Of a stretch of DNA of 64,000 nucleotides, positions 19,166 to 27,391 are shown piece by piece (the first letter of the stretch is position 1; every line of letters starts with the position of its first letter). The stretch lies in the IMG/VR virus record IMGVR_UViG_3300017917_003143, positions 124,001-188,000 of that record; one strand, given 5' to 3'. The notes below the pieces were generated by a model that was not told the DNA's origin, searched no databases, and worked only from the letters and a program-made list of their open reading frames with translations. The translations under genes were made by a program, and so were the position numbers.

Positions 19166-19692
19166 GAGCTCAAGAATTTGTCAGCGAAAAGTGGAGCGAG
19201 AAATACAAACGCTCTATCAACTGTGCCAATCCCAAAGGATTCAGTCAACGAGCCCACTGTCAAGGTCGCAAAAAGAATGAAGATTTAAATGAATTCGCTC
19301 CAAGTGACAGCGGCGATGGTGATGACGGATTCAGTGATGACATGTTAAAACATCTTGCCGCACAGTGGTGGCACGGTGATGAAGACCCTAGAGTAGAACA
19401 AATACTGGCTGCGGCTGGTTGGGAAATAGGTCAAGACGAAGGCTACGACAATGGCGGAGTGTTTGTTGTACGAGCAGGAGATGTCAATGGCAACAGTTTT
19501 ATAAGTTGGCCAGCAGAAGAACTTGAAGTTGATCTGGAAGAACAGTTGACTTTCAAGGGCTCTCCTTGTACAGTAGATTGTTCAGGGCACAGAGCAGGTT
19601 ATGATTGGAGCCGCCGCAAAGGCATGCGTGTTCCAAATTCTTGGAGCCAGAGTTTCAACAACGGCGCCGCACTACACAGAGCAGGCAAATGA
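19162..19692 (+). CDS. MRAxE-type modular protein (MRAQEFVSE)
   Basis: start moved to ATG 19162; three modules split at NE/EE. Confidence 0.7.
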   Translation: MRAQEFVSEKWSEKYKRSINCANPKGFSQRAHCQGRKKNEDLNEFAPSDSGDGDDGFSDDMLKHLAAQWWHGDEDPRVEQILAAAGWEIGQDEGYDNGGVFVVRAGDVNGNSFISWPAEELEVDLEEQLTFKGSPCTVDCSGHRAGYDWSRRKGMRVPNSWSQSFNNGAALHRAGK

Positions 19693-19760
19693 ACGAATAC
19701 CCAGTGTACCCCGAAGATGACGGTTCGGATCGTCCAAGAAATCCCTACAGCCCAGTATGA
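19689..19760 (+). CDS. 23 aa microprotein MNEYPVYPEDDGSDRPRNPYSPV
   Basis: ATGA overlaps at both ends. Confidence 0.55.
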   Translation: MNEYPVYPEDDGSDRPRNPYSPV

Positions 19761-20296
19761 GATTAAACGAGATACAACTAGGTCGTAGCGTAACCTACAA
19801 TTTCTACGATATCTACAAATTAGTACAACAACGACAAGGTCGCCCTGGCTTGACCATACGTCTGCGCGATGACCGTCCGGCAGAAACTCGCAAGAGTGGC
19901 ATCTATGTTTGGAAGCATCCTGACTGGGGTTACTTCTACGTGGGCATTGCCGCTGCCGACAACTTCACAGCACGTTGGCACAAGCACATACAAAAACTCC
20001 TGGATCAATGCACATCGGCCGCACAGATGCACAACTGGAAACAGTTTGCTGACCGGTTTGCCGCGGCTGGTTACGGCATCAATGATTTAAAAGATGTACA
20101 ACTGAGATTCTATCCCATTACCACTGTAGCACAACACGGCAACAAAGAATTGTTAAAACAAGAACTCAAAGCCATAGAGGATCGATTGACTGCTTGGCTC
20201 AACCCGGCATGCAACTATCAGCACGATCCTTCTCGACCCAGTGCTACTAAGTACCCACAACCAAGAAATGTTACACCTGACCAACAACAAGTTTAA
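19757..20296 (+). CDS. GIY-YIG family endonuclease
   Basis: SGIYVW...FYVG...RW..H. Confidence 0.75.
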   Translation: MRLNEIQLGRSVTYNFYDIYKLVQQRQGRPGLTIRLRDDRPAETRKSGIYVWKHPDWGYFYVGIAAADNFTARWHKHIQKLLDQCTSAAQMHNWKQFADRFAAAGYGINDLKDVQLRFYPITTVAQHGNKELLKQELKAIEDRLTAWLNPACNYQHDPSRPSATKYPQPRNVTPDQQQV

Positions 20297-20903
20297 CTCC
20301 GACGGATATTGGCATTCAGCAACAGATTCTATGTTGTTTATTCCGTTGGTTGAAGACTTTGCGCTGTTTGATCAGAATGGATTTGATCTCTGTCCATTGG
20401 AGAAAAGATTTGCCAATGCCAATCGCACACAATTCTTCAATCATAGAGAACACAGACATGCCATCAAAACACCTTGGTTCGAACAAGGTTATCGAATAGA
20501 AGGTGCTGTGTTGAATCACAGTTATCTATTTGAACGCAAAGGCTACACTGATCGGGCCCGCGAACAATTACTACAGTGGAGCCGGGAAATGCCCTTGTGC
20601 CACAAGCTCGTACAACTGCGACCCAAGTGGGGATTAGACTTTTCTATGGATTGGGTAGACCGTGCAGGCAATGCATTTGAAGTCCTGCACTGGGAATACG
20701 ATGGATTTGACTTTGAAGAAGTTGACGCTGTAAGGCAGTACATGGAAGAAAAGATAAAAAGCATAGACTGGCAACAGGCCGGACACGACATACTAAAGAA
20801 CAAAGACCAGTGGCATCATTTGGATTTCTTTGCGCAGAGTGATTGGAAGTGTGATTACTTTGGCGTACCCAAAGAAAGATTTAAAATGGTGGCGTGGGCA
20901 TGA
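20268..20903 (+). CDS. hypothetical protein
   Basis: ATG start within ORF 20241..20903. Confidence 0.7.
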   Translation: MLHLTNNKFNSDGYWHSATDSMLFIPLVEDFALFDQNGFDLCPLEKRFANANRTQFFNHREHRHAIKTPWFEQGYRIEGAVLNHSYLFERKGYTDRAREQLLQWSREMPLCHKLVQLRPKWGLDFSMDWVDRAGNAFEVLHWEYDGFDFEEVDAVRQYMEEKIKSIDWQQAGHDILKNKDQWHHLDFFAQSDWKCDYFGVPKERFKMVAWA

Positions 20904-20904
20904 A

Positions 20905-20985
20905 CACACCTTAGGACCGCTATGGTGCGTGGCCGGCTGCTGGCCTGACTGACGGATTCGCTACCCCTAGGTCAAAAGTGAGCAT
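20905..20985 (+). ncRNA. candidate structured RNA (three hairpins, two possible pseudoknots)
   Basis: GC-rich intergenic island with complementary segments (see findings). Confidence 0.4.
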
Positions 20986-20994
20986 AATTACTGG

Positions 20995-21999
20995 ATGCAA
21001 CAGATTATCAAATTTTCCAATCTCAAACCTGTTCCCAAACCCCACCTCAAAGGAAAATTTTGTCCTGTACCCTTTACTGATATTTCTGTAGATCCTGATG
21101 GAAATTTCACCATGTGCAAATGCCAACTGCACATGCCATTTGTAGTAGGCAACACCAAGTCGACTACTATAGAACAAGCATGGAATTCAGATCTTGCCAA
21201 TGCTGTGCGAGATTCTGTGTTGACCGGAACATTCGATTACTGTAGTTGGAAGTGCCCTGGGCTCAAGGAATTACAAGACAGCGTACCGCCCGGAGTAAAG
21301 TCGTCAGGCTATCCAAAATGGATCAACATCAGCAACGATCTTTCTTGCAATCTAAAATGTCCTAGCTGTAGAGAACAAGTGATCATCGAAAAAGATCCTG
21401 CGGTGCTGGAAAAACAAAATCGACTCATTGATCAGATAGTTGGATTCAAAGAACCAGTGATAGTCAATCCCTGCAACAACGGTGAACCCTTGGTCAGCCC
21501 GTCTACCATGTATCTACTGAAGAACATAGACCAGATGGATCTCAAGCACGTGAAGCTGTACCTATCTACCAATGGTACATTGATCTATCGATATCGAGAG
21601 TTGATAGAATCGATCAGCGATCGCATAGTAGGCTTTGGCATCAGTATCGATGCGGCCACGGAACAAACCTATCAAAAGGTAAGAGGAGACTTGTGGAACG
21701 ATCTGATGCAAGGCATACGATGGTTGGGTACGCTGAACAAACCATTGCATCTGACTGCACGATTTGTAGTGCAAGGAAAGAACTATCACGAAATGCGAGA
21801 TTTTGTGCTCATGGTCAAAGAATTAGGATTCAAGGACGTGCATTTCCAATTGATAAGAGATTGGGGCCATTGGTCCGATCAGTGGTGGAATGAAAATCGA
21901 TTGTCTTTGGAAGAAATGCGATGTGTACAGCAACAGTCTCAGGCCATGAAAGAAGAATTTGGCAATTTTATCACGTTCGATTCGGAGTTTTTGATCTAA
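20995..21999 (+). CDS. radical SAM protein with N-terminal SPASM/Twitch-like Cys cluster
   Basis: CNLKCPSC; GEPL; STNG; CPVPF..DG...C. Confidence 0.8.
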   Translation: MQQIIKFSNLKPVPKPHLKGKFCPVPFTDISVDPDGNFTMCKCQLHMPFVVGNTKSTTIEQAWNSDLANAVRDSVLTGTFDYCSWKCPGLKELQDSVPPGVKSSGYPKWINISNDLSCNLKCPSCREQVIIEKDPAVLEKQNRLIDQIVGFKEPVIVNPCNNGEPLVSPSTMYLLKNIDQMDLKHVKLYLSTNGTLIYRYRELIESISDRIVGFGISIDAATEQTYQKVRGDLWNDLMQGIRWLGTLNKPLHLTARFVVQGKNYHEMRDFVLMVKELGFKDVHFQLIRDWGHWSDQWWNENRLSLEEMRCVQQQSQAMKEEFGNFITFDSEFLI

Positions 22000-22034
22000 A
22001 TAGTGTTGCATATTATCAAAACATAGTGTACAAT
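21997..22034 (+). promoter_or_regulatory. late TAAATA plus sigma70-like TTGCAT-17-TACAAT for replication operon
   Basis: direct reading. Confidence 0.55.
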
Positions 22035-22059
22035 AATTAAACTTTACGGAGAGTATCAA

Positions 22060-22317
22060 ATGGACAAAACATTCAACAACGAACAAAAAATCAAACTCAC
22101 ACAGATCATCAATGAAGGCATGCAGGTCATGCACGAGATTGAAACACTCAACGGTGGACTTAATGATACCATCAAAGCCGTGGCAGAGGAAATGGAAATC
22201 AAGCCTTCGATCCTCAAGAAAGCCATCAAGCTGGCACACAAAGCAGAGTTTGGTCGTGAGCAACAGGATCATGCCTTGCTTGAAACAATTTTGACCACTG
22301 TTGGCAAAACTCTATAA
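22060..22317 (+). CDS. small DNA-binding protein, T4 DsbA/GapR-like
   Basis: 85 aa helical protein upstream of pol; SD GGAG. Confidence 0.5.
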   Translation: MDKTFNNEQKIKLTQIINEGMQVMHEIETLNGGLNDTIKAVAEEMEIKPSILKKAIKLAHKAEFGREQQDHALLETILTTVGKTL

Positions 22318-22398
22318 TTACTGTTATCTCAACAGCGTCTCGCCCACGTCACGGGCATGAAGAACGGTATGTGTGGGCCATAAGCCACCGGGAGAACA

Positions 22399-25059
22399 AT
22401 GAGTTACGTAGACGCACTATTTGATCGTGAACACGATCGCATACATGTAGTAGAACGCAAGAATGGTCTTCGCGAGTATCGCGAATATCCAGCAACTTAT
22501 GTGTTCTACTATGATGATCCTCGAGGCAAGTTCCGTAGTATCCACGGCAATCCTGTTTCGAGATTTTCCACCCGCAACAACAAAGAGTTCCGCAAAGAAC
22601 TACGCATCCAATCAGGTAAAGGTATCTATGAGTCAGATATCAACCCTGTGTTCCGGTGCTTTGAAGAAAACTACAAAGGACAGGACGCACCTCGACTGCA
22701 GACATGCTTCTTCGACATTGAGGTAGACTTTGATCCTGTGCGTGGATTCAGCCGCCCAGAAGATCCTTTCAACCCTATCACAGCTATTTCTGTGTATCTT
22801 GACTGGCTTGACCAACTCGTGACCTTGGTCATACCGCCCAAGTCAATGAGCCGAGAAACTGCCCAAGAGATCGCTGGCCAGTTTGAAAATACCATGATCT
22901 TTGATCGAGAAGAGGACATGCTCAACACATTCCTGGATCTCATCGATGACGCTGATGTGCTGTCGGGTTGGAACTCAGAGGGTTTCGATATTCCATATAC
23001 GGTACAACGTATCACTCGTGTGCTGAGCAAGGATGACACACGGCGCATGTGTTTGTGGAATCAGTTTCCCAAGCAAAGAACTTTTGAACGTTTTGGTGCA
23101 GAGAACTTGACCTTTGATTTGATTGGTCGGGTACACATGGACTATATGCAACTTTATAGGAAGTACACATATGAAGAACGACACAGTTACTCGCTGGATG
23201 CCATCGGCGATCATGAGCTTGGAGAGAGAAAAACTCAGTTTGAGGGAACGCTTGATCAGTTATACAATCAAAACTTCAAGACGTTCATCGACTACAACCG
23301 GCAGGACACCATGTTGCTTGCCCGCTTGGACAAAAAGTTACGATTTTTAGATCTTGCCAATGAACTGGCACATGCCAATACTGTGTTGTTGCAGACCACC
23401 ATGGGTGCTGTGGCAGTGACAGAGCAGGCCATCATCAATGAAGCCCACGAACGTGGCTTGGTAGTTCCCAACCGTAAAGAGAGACTCACAGATGAAGACA
23501 CGCAAGCCGCAGGTGCCTATGTTGCTTATCCCAAAAAAGGCATCCACGAATGGGTCGGTGCCATTGACATCAACTCGCTGTATCCCTCGGCTATTAGAGC
23601 CCTCAACATGGCTCCAGAAACAATCATTGGACAACTCCGTCCAACAATGACTGATAGGTACATCCGAGAGAAAATGAACTCTGGTGCCAGCTTCGCGGCC
23701 GCCTGGGAAGGTTTGTTTGGTAGCCTTGAGTACACAGCCGTGATGGAACAACAGCGTGGCACAGAGATCACTATAGACTGGCAAGATGGAGAAGAGACTG
23801 TACATTCTGCTCCTGAAGTTTGGAAGATGATATTTGATAGCAATCAACCTTGGATCCTATCAGCCAATGGCACGATATTCACATTTGAAAAAGAAGGTGT
23901 GATCCCTGGCTTGCTGGCACGTTGGTATAGAGAGCGCAAAGAGCTACAGGCCAAACTTAAAGAAGCTACCAGCAAGGCCGACCAGGAGTTCTGGGACAAG
24001 CGACAACTGGTCAAGAAGATTAACTTGAACTCATTGTATGGCGCTATTCTTAATCCTGGCTGCCGCTTTTTTGATAAGCGCATTGGACAGTCAACTACGC
24101 TAACTGGTCGTGCCATTGCATATCACATGGATGCCTATGTCAACGAGTGTATCACTGGCAAATATGATCATGTAGGCGAAGCTATCATCTATGGTGACAC
24201 AGACTCTGTGTACTTCAGTGCTTGGCCAGTGTTGGCCAAAGAAGTCAAAGAAGGCCGCATGGAATGGTCAAAAGAGATGTGCGTACAACTCTACGACAAC
24301 ATAGCTGATCAGGTCAATGACAGTTTTCCTGGCTTCATGGAGCGAGCGTTCCATTGTCCTAGAGAGATGGGTTCTATCATCAAGGGCGGTCGTGAACTGG
24401 TAGCAGATCGCAGTCTGTTTATCACCAAGAAGCGTTACGCTGTCAACATCTATGACAAAGAAGGCAAGCGCAAGGACACCGAAGGCAAGACTGGTTCGAT
24501 CAAGGCCATGGGCTTGGACTTGAAACGCAGTGATACACCCAAGGTCATCCAAGACTTCTTGTGGGACTTGCTGGAACGTGTGCTAAATGGTAGCCAGAAG
24601 GACGAGATTGTAGAACGCATCCGTGAATTCAAGTATGAGTTCAAGGAGCGACCAGGTTGGGAGAAAGGTAGTCCCAAGCGTGTAAACAACTTGACTACCT
24701 ATCAGAAGAAAGAAGAACGTGAAGGACGTGCCAACATGCCAGGGCATGTGCGAGCCGCACTGAACTGGAACAACATGCGTCGCATGAACAGCGATAACTA
24801 TTCATTGCAGATTGTTGATGGTATGAAGACCATTGTGTGTAAGTTAAAGTCTAATGCGTTAGGATGGACATCAATTGGTTATCCCACTGACGAAATGCAT
24901 CTTCCGCAATGGTTCAAAGACTTGCCGTTTGACGATGCAGAAATGGAAGCCACTGTAGTAGATCAGAAGATCGACAACTTGTTGGGTGTGCTGGGTTGGG
25001 ATCTGCAATCAGCAACGAATACCACTAACACTTTCCAATCTCTATTTGATTTCGAATGA
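22399..25059 (+). CDS. polB: family B DNA polymerase (T4 gp43-like)
   Basis: FDIE, GWNSEGFDIPY, YNRQD, DINSLYPS, KINLNSLYG, YGDTDS. Confidence 0.97.
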   Translation: MSYVDALFDREHDRIHVVERKNGLREYREYPATYVFYYDDPRGKFRSIHGNPVSRFSTRNNKEFRKELRIQSGKGIYESDINPVFRCFEENYKGQDAPRLQTCFFDIEVDFDPVRGFSRPEDPFNPITAISVYLDWLDQLVTLVIPPKSMSRETAQEIAGQFENTMIFDREEDMLNTFLDLIDDADVLSGWNSEGFDIPYTVQRITRVLSKDDTRRMCLWNQFPKQRTFERFGAENLTFDLIGRVHMDYMQLYRKYTYEERHSYSLDAIGDHELGERKTQFEGTLDQLYNQNFKTFIDYNRQDTMLLARLDKKLRFLDLANELAHANTVLLQTTMGAVAVTEQAIINEAHERGLVVPNRKERLTDEDTQAAGAYVAYPKKGIHEWVGAIDINSLYPSAIRALNMAPETIIGQLRPTMTDRYIREKMNSGASFAAAWEGLFGSLEYTAVMEQQRGTEITIDWQDGEETVHSAPEVWKMIFDSNQPWILSANGTIFTFEKEGVIPGLLARWYRERKELQAKLKEATSKADQEFWDKRQLVKKINLNSLYGAILNPGCRFFDKRIGQSTTLTGRAIAYHMDAYVNECITGKYDHVGEAIIYGDTDSVYFSAWPVLAKEVKEGRMEWSKEMCVQLYDNIADQVNDSFPGFMERAFHCPREMGSIIKGGRELVADRSLFITKKRYAVNIYDKEGKRKDTEGKTGSIKAMGLDLKRSDTPKVIQDFLWDLLERVLNGSQKDEIVERIREFKYEFKERPGWEKGSPKRVNNLTTYQKKEEREGRANMPGHVRAALNWNNMRRMNSDNYSLQIVDGMKTIVCKLKSNALGWTSIGYPTDEMHLPQWFKDLPFDDAEMEATVVDQKIDNLLGVLGWDLQSATNTTNTFQSLFDFE

Positions 25060-26000
25060 AGCTCAGCAGACTAATCACTTACAAACACATGGTTGATGGA
25101 TTAACTGTCAATCATATACACGACGAGATTGAAACTTTGCTCGGTCATGTCAGCACGGATTTGGCCATACAAAAAATAGACTTTGACAATCTTAAAAATA
25201 AAATAGATCAAAACAGCCAGTTAGTGCTTGACAAATTACAAGAGATCAATGCTGATCTATTATCGTTCAAAGAAAAGTTACAAGAGTTTGTTACTGGCAT
25301 AGAGGCTCCCTATTACGCAAAGAGTCATACTATCTATCAAGAAGGTCTCAAGGATTCTGCTGACTATATCTTAGATCGTCACAATTTTAAAAAGTTACTG
25401 TATCAAGAAGAAACACTGGACTTTTTCAAGAGCCGTGTCTTGATGCATTCCAGCTGGAAATGGCCTGCCTTGGAAATACGTCCATGCTATGGCGAGATCA
25501 CTGACAGCTTGATAGCCTGTGATCCATTGTACCTTGTCGACACTGACAAAGACATGTTCAAGCAGGTAAAGCAAAAATGGACTCCCGAGTATCAGCAAAG
25601 ATTGAGATACTATACCGTCAATGAGACAGATAAAAAAATATTACATCAACTACCACTCATGCAGTTTGGCGTTGTAGTAGCAGTTGATTTCTTCAACTTC
25701 AGACCTTTGGAACTCATAAAACGTTATCTCGAAGAGATATTTGGAGTGCTGAGACCCGGAGGAGTAGCGATCTTTACTTACAATAATTGTGATCACCCGA
25801 TAGGGGTTGACAATTTTGAGAATTCGTATTATTGTTATACACCAGGCCGTGAAATCAAAGCCATGTGTGAACAGATAGGATTCAGAGTGGCTGCCAGTTT
25901 CGATCTTGAAAACAACGTGAGTTGGTTGGAAATACAAAGACCAGGAACAAGAAACAGTTTGCGTGGCGGACAAACATTAGGCAAAATACAACACATTTAA
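25056..26000 (+). CDS. class I SAM-dependent methyltransferase-like protein with N-terminal coiled coil
   Basis: YLEEIFGVLRPGGVAIFTY. Confidence 0.6.
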   Translation: MKLSRLITYKHMVDGLTVNHIHDEIETLLGHVSTDLAIQKIDFDNLKNKIDQNSQLVLDKLQEINADLLSFKEKLQEFVTGIEAPYYAKSHTIYQEGLKDSADYILDRHNFKKLLYQEETLDFFKSRVLMHSSWKWPALEIRPCYGEITDSLIACDPLYLVDTDKDMFKQVKQKWTPEYQQRLRYYTVNETDKKILHQLPLMQFGVVVAVDFFNFRPLELIKRYLEEIFGVLRPGGVAIFTYNNCDHPIGVDNFENSYYCYTPGREIKAMCEQIGFRVAASFDLENNVSWLEIQRPGTRNSLRGGQTLGKIQHI

Positions 26001-26012
26001 ACGGAGAAAAAG

Positions 26013-26744
26013 ATGAGAGATTATTTGTTAGATTTGGTAGAACACAGCTACGATCTTGGCTGTATTGATTTGATCAAGATCACAGGCACAGACAAAGAAA
26101 CCACAGTGGATGGTTTGGCCGAAGACAAGAGCGTGGTATTACAGGCCAAGTTCGCTACTCCAGTGGCAGAATTTATTGGTACCTTTGGTATGCCAAACTT
26201 GAGCAAACTCAAAATCTTATTGAACCTACAAGAGTACAAGGAAGATGCACAGATCACTGTGTTGCGCCAGGATCGCAACGGAGTAGACTCGCCAGTGGGC
26301 TTGCACTTTGAAAACAAGACAGGCGACTTTAAAAACGATTATCGTTTCATGGTTTCTGAAATCGTCAGTGAAAAACTCAAGACAGCCAAGATGAAACCTT
26401 TGACTTGGCACGTGGAATTTGAACCCACTGTGGCAGCCATCCAGCGTCTCAAGATGCAGGCACAGGCCAATGCTGAAGAAGTCAATTTCATGGCCAAGAC
26501 TGAAAACGGTGACTTGAAGTTCTTCTTTGGTGATCATTCCACACATGCTGGTAACTTTGTGTTCCACCCAGGCACCACAGGCAAACTGAGCCGCTCATGG
26601 TTATGGCCTGTGTCGCAGTTTATCGCTATCATGAATCTCACAGGAGATAAAACTGTCCGCATCAGCGATGACGGGGCAGCCAAGATCACCGTGAATTCGG
26701 GCATAGCTGTCTATGACTATATCCTGCCAGCCTTGACCAAGTGA
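26013..26744 (+). CDS. probable DNA polymerase sliding clamp (gp45-like)
   Basis: 243 aa beta-rich protein next to pol; size and position fit. Confidence 0.55.
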   Translation: MRDYLLDLVEHSYDLGCIDLIKITGTDKETTVDGLAEDKSVVLQAKFATPVAEFIGTFGMPNLSKLKILLNLQEYKEDAQITVLRQDRNGVDSPVGLHFENKTGDFKNDYRFMVSEIVSEKLKTAKMKPLTWHVEFEPTVAAIQRLKMQAQANAEEVNFMAKTENGDLKFFFGDHSTHAGNFVFHPGTTGKLSRSWLWPVSQFIAIMNLTGDKTVRISDDGAAKITVNSGIAVYDYILPALTK

Positions 26745-27391
26745 TTAGAGACGTCGTCCGATACAAGGCACCCCCGGTATGGGGAGTGCTTTGCATTGAC
26801 GTTTGGCACCGAGATGGCGCAAATGAACAGTTTTACCAAACTGCCATAGACCATCTATCTAAATACAATGTACAGGCAGTGGTAAACTGCACCATGGACT
26901 TGCGTCTTGACTATCAAGACAAAAGTGTGTATAATACACTTAATCAATATCTTTGGACAGATGGTGGCATCGTAGAAGAGCAGAAACGCAGAGTACTATC
27001 AGAGTTGATACATTCTGCAGGACATCAAGAAACTTCCCATGTGTTGCATGAAAAATTATTTGATTCCAACACAGTGCATCTAAGTAGTAGATTCACTTTC
27101 CTTGAACACTGCCATACGTTTTTTCCAACAGTCAAAGATTGGATCATGTTAGGCAGTGCCTGGGGCATGTGTTTCCATAGAGGTCCTATGGGTGTTGACA
27201 CAGTGGTTGACGTTGGAGACATGAAGTTCCATATGTTTCCTGAGTGGAGTGTGCAGACTGAAACCGGTTCGCCGCCTACGCTACAACAACTGCATGATGA
27301 TTTTTATGTATGGGCCCCCATAGATGATGGTGGATATAGATTGATAACGAGAGCACAAAATCACAAATGGTTCGAGAACAAGACGATTTAA
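26741..27391 (+). CDS. isochorismatase/cysteine hydrolase-like protein
   Basis: VLCIDVW and LGSAWGMC patterns. Confidence 0.4.
   Translation: MIRDVVRYKAPPVWGVLCIDVWHRDGANEQFYQTAIDHLSKYNVQAVVNCTMDLRLDYQDKSVYNTLNQYLWTDGGIVEEQKRRVLSELIHSAGHQETSHVLHEKLFDSNTVHLSSRFTFLEHCHTFFPTVKDWIMLGSAWGMCFHRGPMGVDTVVDVGDMKFHMFPEWSVQTETGSPPTLQQLHDDFYVWAPIDDGGYRLITRAQNHKWFENKTI

Noticed and set aside
20931-20965. GGCCGGC (HDV ribozyme start), GGATTCG (tRNA T-loop-like) and minus-strand TCAGG..AGCAG (SRP-like)
   Set aside because: No partner P1 strand, no cloverleaf and no GNRA stem.
22341-22396. Resemblance to ZTP (pfl) riboswitch pieces (GTGGG...CCACCGGG-AG; GCCC...GGGCA)
   Set aside because: Elements are in the wrong order and the pseudoknot loop sequences are missing; kept only as a generic structured leader.
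22399-25059. Intron or intein in the polymerase; homing by GIY-YIG genes
   Set aside because: The polymerase is continuous at normal length, and the GIY-YIG ORFs are free-standing with no flanking intron features.
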